Below, piece by piece: positions 31,751 through 43,670 of a stretch of DNA of 64,000 nucleotides (positions are counted from its first letter, which is position 1; every line of letters starts with the position of its first letter). Both the position numbers and the translations under genes were made by a program. A model generated the notes under the pieces. It was given only the letters and a program-made list of their open reading frames with translations. It was not told where the DNA came from and ran no database searches. The DNA is taken from positions 1 to 64,000 of the forward strand of contig BLSG01000375.1 of NCBI GenBank assembly GCA_012862495.1. Reading direction: 5' to 3'. This stretch comes from Thraustochytrium aureum. Lineage: Eukaryota.

Positions 31751-32949
31751 GTCTTACCCGCAGAGAACACACTCGCGGGAGACCAGCCCTGCCCTGGGGG
31801 CCGCTCGCGACTCGAGCGATTCCACCGGTTAAGCCCAACTCAACCCGCGATTCCTTTCCTTTATCGACGCCTGCCCGTGAATCTTGCGCAGACTGCCCGC
31901 TGGCTGGGCTGGAATCTTCGCCGCCACGAAGATTCGGCTTCTGAGGCGGCGAGATTCGCAGCGCGATGGCGGTCTGGAACAAGCGAGTCCCGGATGATGC
32001 TTGCTCGATGCCAGCGCCGGCGCCTGTTTATCGCCAGTGGCTGGCTCGCTGGCTGCTCGTGCTCTTCGAGTGCTTGTGGCGGCGGCGCATCGCGCGGCGT
32101 TCGTCAACTTGAACGCGGTTGTTGGGCGCAGCAATCAAGCGCGGTGTGGCGATGGATTGGCTGTCGTTGCTCGCGGTGGCGTTGTTGCTCGCGTTGGCGT
32201 TGAGGGCTGCCTACTCTACCTACGGTACGAGTACCTATGCTCGGTGGTGTTGAGTAGAGGAGTACCTGCTTGGACAACGTGTTCGAAAGCAGGTCGAGCT
32301 GTTGCCACGGACGCGGCGAGGTTTGTGGCGGCTTGTTAGCGGAAGGAGGTCCTCTACTCTACTTGCCGCGCGTGTTTCTGCTCTTCCGCAGGTGGTCGAG
32401 GGCTCTTGCCATCTGCAAGTCGTGCAGCGATGTGGTCGGTCGGTAGTCGGTAGGTAGGCTGGTGAGTACTGCAGTGTCTCTCGTTTCGGTCCCTCTGGCT
32501 CAGCGATTTCTTTCCAGTCGCGGCTTCGTTGCACAGTGTGCAAGCGCGCTTGCACGGGCTTGTTTGCACGAACCGCGTGACGCTCGCCCAGATGGCGGCG
32601 CTAGCGCTCGCTCGCTCGCTCGCTTGCGTGCCAGTTGCTGGATCGCCTTGCTGCATGTGGCCAGCACGGCCGTCGCCGCGGTCCTGCGCTGGAAATCTGC
32701 AGGCCGAGCGAAGCCGCGAGTTTCCTCGTAGCAAATCAGCAAGGACTCCGAAGTTGGAGTACTGTACGAGTAAGGTTACTCTACCCAGAGTACAACTCCC
32801 GAGCCGATCTGCTCTCCGGGGATGGTTGGCGCGACTTGGCAAACCCCAAACGCTTCACCACAGCACACAAACAGGCAAACAAAGGAGCAACCAGCGACAC
32901 ACCGACGCGAACGCAGCCGAGGAAGCGCGCGACACCGCGCGCCTCGCCC

Positions 32950-33594
32950 ATGATGGCCCCAATCAATCTGGAAGACGCGATCGAGATGTACGTGACGGAG
33001 AAGACCCGGACACACATCATGATCTGGTGCTCCCACAGCAAGCTCTTCGACGACCCGCGCGACCGCGCAGACGCACTGCGCGAGCTCAAGGACGAGCTGC
33101 AGGGCGTCAAGCTCAAAATATCCAAAGTACCAGAGTGCCTCATCGGCTCACAGTACGCAATCACTTTCAANNNNNNNNNNNNNNNNNNNNNNNNNNNNNN
33201 NNNNNNNNNNNNNNNNNNNNNNNNNNNNNNNNNNNNNNNNNNNNNNNNNNNNNNNNNNNNNNNNNNNNNNNNNNNNNNNNNNNNNNNNNNNNNNNNNNNN
33301 NNNNNNNNNNNNNNNNNNNNNNNNNNNNNNNNNNNNNNNNNNNNNNNNNNNNNNNNNNNNNNNNNNNNATCGCGTGCTCTCTGTTGGGCGCTCGATCGTG
33401 CTCGAGCGGGACGCGAGCACAACCCCGCGGTGAAGGATGGAAGCACGCTGCGCCGCGGCACCGTCGAGTCAAAGGACGGCGACGCACGTCGTTCGATCCG
33501 AGACATCCTTGGTGTGGGCCGGCGGTCTTCAACGCGGTCATCAGAGGCGAGCTCATCCGACGAAATATTTTTAGCGGCGAGCGATCCAGGGTGA
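32950..33594 (+). CDS. Hypothetical protein interrupted by an N-gap
   Basis: MMAPINLEDAIEMYVTEK...RELKDELQGVKLKI with coding-like codon bias. Frame after the gap is uncertain. Confidence 0.5.
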   Translation: MMAPINLEDAIEMYVTEKTRTHIMIWCSHSKLFDDPRDRADALRELKDELQGVKLKISKVPECLIGSQYAITFXXXXXXXXXXXXXXXXXXXXXXXXXXXXXXXXXXXXXXXXXXXXXXXXXXXXXXXXXXXXXXXXXXXSRALCWALDRARAGREHNPAVKDGSTLRRGTVESKDGDARRSIRDILGVGRRSSTRSSEASSSDEIFLAASDPG

Positions 33595-33790
33595 CGGCGC
33601 TAGGCCCATTCTCGGTTGCTCCGCCCGCGACGCGCCGCTGAACTTCGCGCTCGAGCGTCAGACTATAAATGAGTGACTCAAGCCAACCCGCGGGAGGCAG
33701 CGTTTTTGTACAAAGTATCTTAGCTTCGCAGTCGACCAGTTCATTGTTGCCAAATCAAAGGACCCACTCTGCGGGGGCGTGCAGGTCGCC

Positions 33791-36700
33791 CTACTGGCGC
33801 TGCTGGCCGTTGCGCGCTTCGAAAGCAGCGGGCCCAGTTCCGGCTCGTGACGGAGTCGCTGCCGCCTCGCGCCCGAAAAAGAACGCCTCGTAGTGCAGAC
33901 GAAAAAGCTCGTAATTCCGCTGCGAAACCTGCGTCCGGGCCTGCCTCCTGTACTCTGCAAGGATCCCGTCTACCCTCACGAACGCTTGAGTGGCCGACGG
34001 CCCGAACAACCCTCGCTGCGTTGATCGAGCCCCTACTGCTCCTGGCCCTCTGCAGGTCCTCAAGGTTCGCCGTGGCGTTGAAACAAAAGCCAGAGTCTAC
34101 CAGCTTGAGCTCGCATACAGCTTGCTCGAGCATCAGATCCAAAGCGCGGTTCTCGAACCGATTCTGCGTTTTGGCGTCTCCGACGATCTTTGCAGAAGCA
34201 GCCTCGTTCAAGGCCACGTCCCTGGCGCACTGGAAGAGCTCGCCGACAACCTCGACAGAAGTCCTATGCAAGCTAGTGCGCTCCTCTTCGGCAAGGTGCG
34301 GGTCGTCCACGACCGCCAAGGCACAAAAGGCAAACATATCTGCGACTTGAGTCAGCAGTTTGCAGGCTCCGTCGCACACGCTCACGTGGTTGGTCTCGTC
34401 GAAAAGACGCACCTGGCGCGACCCCATGACCTCGCTCCTCTCCCGAAAAGCGGCCACGCTGCGAAATCCAGAACGAACCAGGTCGACAGACTCGCCCAGG
34501 AGCCCTGCGTCGGGTTGTGCGCCGAGGACCTCGCAGTTCTGAGCGTCGAGCACGTAAATCGAGAGGTTGGCCTTGGCAAGCGTCCACGCAAACATGGGGT
34601 GGTCTGGTTGGGCCTCCAAGAGGAGCACATAGTGCTTCGCTGCATTCTCAAATTTGGTACGAGCGTTCGTGAGGTGTTTCGTATGCTTGAGCGACCACGA
34701 GGCTTCGTCCTGCAGGCCCTTCGCCACGGCTCGCCGCGCTATTTTCTTGGCTATTTTCTTGGCTATTCTGTTCTCGTCCTCGCCGTCAAACAAGATGCGG
34801 AGCGCGAGATTTTTCCGTGCGAGGGCATGCGTCGGGTCGAGCTCAAGCACGCGCTCGTACAGGTAAACTGCGCGAAAAGAGGTTGTCGGGGTGCGCGGCT
34901 TTGCGTAGTTGTAAAAGTTGGCAAACTCTTTGACCCAGTCCCTGTTGGAGCGGCTCAGTCCGCACGCAAGCTCAAAGCAGTCCTCGATCAGCTTGCAAAA
35001 CTGTTTTCGCGCCTCGAAGACCCCGTCAGGACCCTTAGGCGCTCTCGAAACGCTCGAGGCTTCGATCGTGACGGGCTCAGCGCGCGCCCGCGTTTCGGCC
35101 CCCCGACTCTGCCGCCCATTTGTGTTTGGCTCTATGCTGGGCCACGAGAACACGCTCGGGTTGGATGCCCGTGCGACAGCGACCATTTTGAGCATGTCGC
35201 CAGCCGCAGCTTCGTCCCCAATGAGGAGAATGCGCCGAATGGCATCCTCAACTATTACGCTGGCCGCGACGCGGGCGGCTTGCGCCCCACGCGCTTCCTC
35301 GCCATTTGCGCCGGCCGCGACGCGGGCGCCTTTCGGACCACGTCCTTCTCGTTTCGCAGAGGCTGCTGCGATATTGCTCTCCTTGTCGACGCTCCTGAAC
35401 CATAAAGCGAGCAGTCGAGCCAGAAAGTACCACGATCGCGCATGCTTCGGATTGCTCTTGACACTCTGGAGATACTTTTCGAGCGCCCCGTTTCGGTCCT
35501 CGTTCTCCTCGAGAGCCATCCCCAAGTTGCACAGGAGGCGGTGGTCCGAGGGGCAAATATCCAGCCCGGCGGTGAAGCGCTCCTTAGCAACGTTGAGCAT
35601 GTGAGCGGCCTCCTCGCGGTTTCCTGCCTTGCTCCACATTTTGTGCCGGATGATTGCCGAGGTTCCTTGCGCAAACTCCATGATCGGCAGGACCTTGCAC
35701 GACTCGACTAGGTCAACGACGTCATTGTCTTGGAACGGGACAAGGAGGTCAAAGCACGAGCGCCCTGAGCTATTGCCCGCCCCTCAATTACGCCGCTCAG
35801 GCCGACACTGGCGCCGTTTAGACTTCCGTCAGCGTGGCTAGACTTTGAAGAGCCGTGTCGGTTGCCACGACGCCCACGTGTCCCGCTGCCGCTGCCTGGC
35901 TTGCCTGGGACCCCCCACGACGACGGGCTGGAGCGACTCGCGCCGTTCTCCGACGAACCAGTCCTTTGAGAGGACTGAGTGGCAGGAGCCCACGCCGAAA
36001 GCACAGCTCGCAGCGCCTGGTCGCATGAACGCTGCGCCGGAACGGTCAGAACAATGCTGCACATCTGCTCGAGGCGTGCAAAGGGCGCGCCGGTGGCACG
36101 CACCGCTTCCAAAGGCAAACGCAGCAATAACAGCTGGGCTTTGGGATCCTGGTGTCCTCGAGGCGAGCAAGAGCCGAGCGAAAGTCTCCCGCGTTCTCAA
36201 AACCGAAGAAGAATCGCTCCTTGAGGAATTGCGGAGCCCGAAAGCACCAGAACGCCTGCCTCTGCTTGACCTCTTCCTCTTGCCTCGCCCGCTCCGCTTC
36301 AAACGAGCCGGACGAGCTTGAAAGTGACCAAATCGACCCTAGCGAGCCGCTCCCCCTCCCTGTCGCGTCGGAGCCCGTGGAATCTGCAGGGGCGAGCTCT
36401 GCACCATGGTTTTCGCGGCGCTGCGGGCACCCAGGGGCACACCTGCAAGAACAAGACCTTGACTGAACCGGCCCAACAGCGCAAGCAGAGCACAGATGTT
36501 TCGTCTGTTCCGTCGTCCTTGGTGCTGTGTGAGACTTGGAAGCGTTCGCCCGCGCCGCGCTGTAACAGCATGGTGTCATGCCAAGCACCTGGTTCAGCAG
36601 CCGAGCAACACTAGAAACGTACGGGCTGAGGACGGCGGTGCGCACCTGCTTTGGGGCCCGGCGCATTTCGGCGCGGATCAGCGCCTTGACCAGCCGCGCC

Positions 36701-39180
36701 GTGGCCTCCAGCAAAATCTCGCGACGCCATTCGCTCGAAGAGACAGCGTTGAAAAGCACGCCCAGGAAACGCATGTTGACGCCCTGCCTGTGCATCTGGT
36801 TGGTTAGTGTGTTGCCGACCTTGTTGACCTCGGCGGCGAGCTCGCGGCCCTGCGCCTCTTCGGCCAACTTGGCAAGGTCGAGAGGCTGCTTGGAGATAGA
36901 GGCGGCGAGCTGCGGAATGACCGCCTGAACGAGGTGGGCGGCCGCCTCCGTGACGTCTTCATTGAAGTGCCGGTGTGCGTCTCGCTGGGACACAAACCGC
37001 GAGAACGCGTCGCTGGACAGCGGCTTGGCGAACCCGCGCACAAGTTCCGGCCGCAGCATGTGCACGAGGTGTGAGCCGCGCGCTACCTCGCAGTCGGCAT
37101 CTCNNNNNNNNNNNNNNNNNNNNNNNNNNNNNNNNNNNNNNNNNNNNNNNNNNNNNNNNNNNNNNNNNNNNNNNNNNNNNNNNNNNNNNNNNNNNNNNNN
37201 NNNNNNNNNNNNNNNNNNNNNNNNNNNNNNNNNNNNNNNNNNNNNNNNAATCGTCGCAAACTGCGCCACCTGGGACTGCGCCGGGCGGCCGGCGCTCCTC
37301 CCATGACGACACCGCCTGCCGCACTAGTCGCTGCAGGGTATGACGGGGCGGCTGCGGTGGAAACAGCCGCGCAAAATCGACCACGTAGAGGCGCGTCTCT
37401 CCGTCCGCACGCTCGACGCGGTGCACCTCCATGTCGCAAGGCATGTGGATCCACCGCTCGCACACTCTGTTGAGGGCGTCGCGCGTGACAACCGGGTGCT
37501 TTGCCAGATTCAGCGCCTCAGCGGCAAGCTCGACCGGGCGGAGCACCCTCGGCTCGCACAGATTGGCCCCGCCGTCACTGGACCCATAGCACAGCGTGGC
37601 ATTCCTTGCAGGGGCAGCACACTCATCGCCACGAGTTTGTAGCCGTGGTAGTCGATGACGGCCAGCAGAGGCAAGTGGAGCTCCACGTCGGCGTTGTACA
37701 GCGCCGTTAGGCCCTTGAGCTGGTGGTTGGCCTCTTTTGCAGCAAACTCCTCGCTGCCGTACAGGTTGTGGTTGTCCAGCGGGAACCGAAAGAATATGTT
37801 GCCACAGATAAACTTTTCCCCTCCAGCGAACCCGCCCACCGCGCTCGTGACAGGCCGGATCGATTTCTTCTCATCGGCCAGGTGCTTCTCGGCGATGATC
37901 ACTTTGCCGTAAGTCACAGCGCCGTGCTGAAAGTCACGCACGAGGCGGGCAAGGCGGATGAACGTGTCGGCCTCTTTCTCTTTCAGAACGGTCTCGTCCG
38001 GCTTGATGATGCGCATCAGTACTTGAAACTCTTCGTCGAAGCCGTCCTCGAGTTCGCTAAAATCGAGTCCCTGGAGTTTCTTCGCGTCGCTACCGACGCT
38101 TCCGCGCTTAGCTGATCTGACTGAGTCATCGTCAAAGCTCTTCCGCGCCATGATAGTCGGAGGCTTTTGTGCCGCAGACCACCGAGCAGTGCGGTCCATG
38201 GACAACCGACGCCCGCCTCCAATTGGTCTTGGTGACGAGTCCTCTGCGGCACGGGGGCCACCGTCCAAGCCTCTTTGTGACGCCTGCGCTTGGCCCACCC
38301 GACCTGCCGGAACGCCAAACGGTGCGTACCCTGAAACTGCAAGCGCCTCGCCGTCCAGGGCGGAACTACAGACCAACGCTGGGTCGGCGAGCGACGCCAC
38401 GCTGGAGCGGCTCAAACCCGTCGCGACTGGCCCATACCCACACTCGCTATCTCCCGGCGCCTCAAATCCAGCCGCATCAAACGGCGCATATCCGCCTCCC
38501 GTCCCGCCGCGCGCAGCGCCACCACCATCGACGTTAAGCGCGCCATACGCTCGAGGTCCATCAAATCCCCCAGAGTCACCTCGCTCCCAATCCGCCGCGC
38601 GATCTGCGCGGACCTCCACAGCAGCCGCGTCAAACGGCGCATACCCGTTTCGCACCCGCCTCGCATCCACTCGTCCCGTCCCTCCGCGCGCAGCGCCATC
38701 ACCGTCGGCATCAAGCACGCCGTATCCTTGACTGCCGTACTCATTATCCGTGAGGTGATCCCGTTCCGCCGCGCGAACCTCCGCAGCAGCCGCCTCAAAC
38801 GGCGCATACCCGTTTGCCAGCAGCCTCGTGTGCCCTCTTCCCGTCCCGCCGCGCGCAGCGCCACCGCCCTCGCGCTCGAGCTCGCCCTGCGCTCGCGAGC
38901 CATCGTCGTCGTCTTGAACATCTTCACCATCGCCCATCTTGGCACGATCCCGGTGCAAATCCGCGCCAGAGACCCCCATCGCGCCACCACGGGCCGAAGC
39001 CGCCGCCACCAACGCCGCAAACGCCGCCGCCGATGCCGCCGACGCCACTGCGGTCGCGGCCGCGCTGCGTACAGGATCTGCGTACAGGATCTGCTGCTGC
39101 AGCTGCTGCTGCTGCTGCTGGTTGTCCAGATCCCCAACGCCACCGGAGCCGCGGTCCTCCTTGGCGTTGCTGGCGTGCAT
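33791..39180 (-). CDS. Large Clu (clustered-mitochondria) domain protein with C-terminal TPR repeats and repetitive N-terminus; several frameshifts and one gap
   Basis: GGEKFICGNIFFRF, AAKEANHQLKG, PLLAVIDYHGYKLVAMSVLP, YGSSDGG, LNLAKH, RLYVVDFARLFPP, MLRPELV, PLSSDAFSRF, MHRQGVNMRFLG. TPR-like segments LLCNLGMALE, NPKHARSWYFLA, LYERVLELDPTH. Confidence 0.85.
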
Positions 39181-39346
39181 GCGTGCTCTAGAGCTCCGGC
39201 TCAAGCTCTCTAGCGAGAGCTAGCTGGCGTGCTCGCGTGCGTGCTCTAGCTCTGGAGCTCGCTTGCCTGCTCGAGCGTGCCGCGAGGTTGCTCGCGGGCT
39301 GCGACGGCGGGGCGTTGGAAAACGCTGCGCTTCGCGTGGGAGTATC

Positions 39347-41195
39347 ATGGACGCGGTGCGCGTCGCGGTGCTTGTGTGCTGCTGCCTGCTGACGTTTGGA
39401 AGCTACTTTAGCTATGATCTTCCCGGGTCGCTCCCGGATGACTTTAGGGAGAGCTTGGCGCAGAATAACACCGCGCACCAAGGGCTGTTTTACAGCATGT
39501 ACAGCCTGCCCAACACGGTGCAGCCCTTCTTCGGGGGCCTTGTCATCGACAAGTTTCTGGGCCTCAGGCGAGGCGCAGCGATATGCTGCGCGATGGTTGC
39601 CATCGGCTGCACCGTCGTGGCTGCTGCCGCGAGCAAACCGAGCTGGCAAGGGACGAGCGAGGCGTTCGCCTTGGCACTTTTGGGACGCTTTATCTTTGGT
39701 CTGGGCGGGAGACGCTCTCCGTGTGCCAGAACGCGTTCTGCGCGCGCTGGTTTCCGGGGCTGATCTCGCCACTGCGTTCGCCATCGTTCTCTCCTTTGCC
39801 CGTGTCGGGAGCGCGGTCAACTTTGCAATCGAACCGAACGTCCGGGACGCTTACGGGTTTGCCAGCGCGCTTTGGCTCAGCTCGGCGCTTTGCGCCGTCT
39901 CGTTTGGCGCGTGCCTGATGCTCGGTTTCCTCGACCTCAAATTTGAGTCGCTCGTTGAGGTCGAGGGAAGCGAGGCCTGTTCGGAGGACGCTGAGGTCGG
40001 TGCCACCGGCGCGTCAGCTCGCCAGAACGACGGCAACCACGACGGCTTGCAGTCCAGCCTACTGGAGGACGACCGGCTGGCCGCTGCGCGGCCGCGAACC
40101 AACTCGGAGGGCGCGGCGCAGAGCCGGCGAGCGGCTGGACTGGAGCAGACAGATCCTCCAACTCTGAGTAGCGCCGATGCGCCGCCGGGCCGTTCCAGCG
40201 CCGCCCGCCACTCGTCCACGTGGGAAATCCTCCTGTCTGTGATTGGGCCGCGCGAGGTTTTGATTTACCTGATCTGCGTGCAGTTTTACATTGCGGTGTT
40301 CATTTTCATCGCGGTGGCCTCCAAGTTTCTTGTGGACACGTACGAGGTGGACAAGATCCAAGCCGGGCTCCTCACGTCGCTCCCATACACAGTGAGCGCG
40401 ATAGTCTCCCCTTTCCTTGGGCTGACGATGGACAAGGTTGGCCGGAGCGGGGTCTTTGTGTGCATCGCGTGCGCGTCACTGTGTGGCGTGCATATGACGT
40501 TTGCATTCGCGCCGCACAGCATGTCGCCGACGACTGTGATGGTTTGGCTTGGTTTGACCTACTCGATGTGCGCGGCCTCCTTGTGGCCCATGATTGTACG
40601 TTCCGCCGCTTGCGCGTGCGCCGTGCTTGCGGTCGGCGTTGTGGTGCGACTAACGAGCTGCTGCTTTCTCGGCGCGCGCACAGGCGCTTGTGGTCGAGTC
40701 GCGCAACATCAGCACTGCGTACGGTCTGGTAAGTGTCTGCGGTCCTGCACTGTTGAGGCCGGCCTCTGGCCGCTGACTTTGCCGGCCCCCTTGGCTCCGG
40801 CGCAGATGATGAGCATTCAAAACGTCGGCCTTGCGGCGGCGCCTGCAATCATCATGCCGATGGTCCCTGCGTCGAGGGCGCACATTGGCAACTACAAAAC
40901 GATTGAGGCCATCTTCGCCGTGCTTGCGTTTGGCGCTCTCGTCTGCACGGCCGTGCTGTACGTGGTGGATGCGCGGCTCGGAGGCGTGCTCTTTGCACGT
41001 CCTGCGGAAGCCGCGCTCGTCATTGGCCGCACCCCGCGAGTCAATCCGCTGAATCCCCGCGCTTCCCCCTTTGTTCGCCAGAGCGTCGTATTTCGCCCCC
41101 CCGAGGCGCTCGCGCAAACCGCGATTGCACCAAAGACGCCGCAGGCTATTCGGCAGCAGTACTTTCGCCGGTTGCGCATCCAGAGTCGCGTCTGA
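39347..41195 (+). CDS. MFSD1: MFS transporter, MFSD1-like; introns 40596-40683 and 40729-40805; two frameshifts near 39708 and 39750
   Basis: FGSYFSYDLPG, YSMYSLPNTVQPFFGG.VID, GRFIFGLGGETLSVCQN.FCARWF, SFARVGSAVNF, ASLWP. Spliced reading gives TAYGLMMSIQNVGLA. Confidence 0.88.
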
Positions 41196-41293
41196 GCGAG
41201 AGGCTCGGCACGCGCGAGTTTGGTTTTGGGTTTTGCTTTCTCGGCCTCCACAGTTATCTCGGCGACAGAGGCGGAGCGCCGCAACAAGAGTTG

Positions 41294-41368
41294 GCCTGTG
41301 GCAAGCCTGTGGCAAGCCTGTGGCAAGCCTGTGGCAAGCCTGTGACAAGCCTGTGGCAAGCCTGTGGC
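41294..41368. repeat. 11-bp minisatellite (GCCTGTGGCAA) x ~6.8
   Basis: Directly visible; one copy has a G>A change. Confidence 0.95.
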
Positions 41369-41454
41369 GCCCTTTTCTGGCGGAAATTATGCGCCGTGCG
41401 CGCTCAAGCTATTGTAATGTACAGCTCTCAATTCTGTCAGTTAGTACATGTTTC

Positions 41455-42913
41455 CTACAGCATGGACCTGACGCGCTCCAGTGCCATCGTGGCCTCTGGC
41501 ATGAGGTAGCCGATCAACAGCGACTCTGTCGCGGCGCCCTTCGATGCCGCCATGGCCATCACGCGCCGCGCAGCGTTGGGAATGTCCGGCCCGGAGTTGC
41601 CCTCCTGGATCTGGTTGAGACTAACCATGCCAAACACGCGCGCGATGTTCGGAATCAGGTGCGAGCGCGGCCCGCACGTGTCGAGCAAGAGCTTGATGCG
41701 GGCCCACTGCGCGGCAACTGCAGTAGGGGCAACGAGGCCTTCGAGAGTTTCCATCGCGCCCGCAAGGTCCTCGGCGCTCGCAGACGCGACCATCTCGCCG
41801 CTGGATGGGCACGTTGGACCATCGGCGAGATCCTGACCCGTCGGCTGCGCGGCCCCGCAGCCGACGGCGTCAAGACCGCCGGGCGCTGGTGCGCCACCCT
41901 TGGGGCAACCTGGGCCATCTCGCTCGACGAGCTCGTCGAGCAGGCCGGAAAACTGCTGCAGGGCCTGGAAAAGCGCCCCGGCCTCCTGATCCATTACGTC
42001 CCAATCCCCGCCGCTCGCAAAGACCATTTGGAAGGCCTGCAGCTGCTCGATCACGTTGCTGCGCTCAACGGCCAAGACAGAAGTGAACATGTCGATTGTG
42101 ATGGTTGCACCGGGCTCTGGGCGCGTGATCCCGATGAGGTGGGACTCGACCGTGTGGAACCCGTCCGCCACAACAGTCAGCTTGTCCTTGACCTGCAGCA
42201 TGCCGCGCACGCAGCGCTCGAGGTTGAGCTCGACGAGCGCCGCGCAAGCGCGCAGGTCCCGTTTGCTGTGCTCGAGCTTGCTTTCCCAGCCTCTTCGTAA
42301 AGGCGAGCGGAGCACGCTTGTCGGGTACCGCCGGATGTGCAGGACGCGACCAGTGCACGTCATGCAGCCCGGGTGGTCGGCGAGCCAGCGGCTCCAGCAG
42401 ACCTTGCAGGCGCTGTGTCGGCAGGGCGTCGCGTAGTGCGTGCTCTCGTTGATCGAGCAGATCGAGCAGAGGCTCCCCATCTCCTGGAAGGCGCTTATCG
42501 CTTCGTCCCCCAGCTTGTCGTCAGCNNNNNNNNNNNNNNNNNNNNNNNNNNNNNNNNNNNNNNNNNNNNNNNNNNNNNNNNNNNNNNNNNNNNNNNNNNN
42601 NNNNNNNNNNNNNNNNNNNNNNNNNNNNNNNNNNNNNNNNNNNNNNNNNNNNNNNNNNNNNNNNCCCGCGGGGGCCTCGCTAGCTGCTGCCCACCCGCGG
42701 CGGTGCGGCCGCGCGGGGCGTGCGCGCGCTAGCGCCGCCAAAACCCTGCGGCGTCGCCAAGCGAGCCAGGCCGACCCCGGGCTCGGCGACAAACGTCGCG
42801 CGACCGCCGTCGCTCACCAGCGCCTGCGGGAGCTGGCAGAGCCGCTCGCGCATGGACTCCTCGCGTTGGGCTTCGTCGCGCCGCCCGAACCGCGCCATCA
42901 TCCTCGAGAACAT
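41455..42913 (-). CDS. C3HC4 RING-finger protein (putative E3 ligase); interrupted by a gap, start uncertain
   Basis: CSIC...PCRHSACKVC...CMTC motif just after the gap. A candidate ATG (MFSRMMAR) lies at 42913. Confidence 0.7.
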
Positions 42914-43184
42914 GGCGCAACCCCGTCGCCTGCACGCGCCAGCAACAGGATCAAGGCAGCAACCTACCAGCCGTTTGAGCAAACGCGACTCCGATCGACC
43001 TCGCAGCGCGGCACACGCGTGCCAGCCACGCCCTGCGCGCCGCCAAGAATCGGGTCTGCGCCCTCCGCGCTCGTCACGGTGTGCGATGGGTTGATTGCGC
43101 TCGGCCAACGCCGAGCTGAGCAGGCCTCGAAGCACGCTCCTGGCGGCGCGCCAGAGTCTTCTGACGCAGACCTGAATCTGAATT

Positions 43185-43391
43185 CTGCTTGCTACTCGCG
43201 GCTCGCGCTGCCTCGCGGCCCGGGACGTCGTGTTGAGGCCTGTGGTCTCTGCGAACTGCGCGTTCTTGCTGGTTGAGCTTCGACTTGGATTTGCTTGCTG
43301 CATGCGGCTCGCGCTGCCTCGTGGCCCGGGACGTCGTGTTGAGGCCTGTGGTCTCTGCGAACTGCGCGTTCTTGCTGGTTGAGCTCCGACT
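43185..43391. repeat. 106-bp tandem duplication (2 copies)
   Basis: GCGGCTCGCGCTGCCTCG...GGTTGAGCT at 43198 and 43304. Confidence 0.9.
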
Positions 43392-43670
43392 GCATGGCAT
43401 GCGTTGGACGTGACGTTGTCATTTTGGTCGACTTCGTTTTGGGTTTTATAATGCATGCTTACGTGGAATGAGGCCGACTCGCGGGCTGGACAGCGTGGTC
43501 GAGTATGCGAGCTTGGGCGTTGAGCAAGTTGAATAGAATCGGTGCTGTTCGTATTTGATGTTTTGCTTCTGGCGTTCGGTGAAAGCTCGCTCACCGCGTT
43601 GGCACCGCGTTAGTGCTCTACTGCGAGATGAAAGCTAGAGCGTCAGCGAGGTCGTCGCGCACTGACTGGT

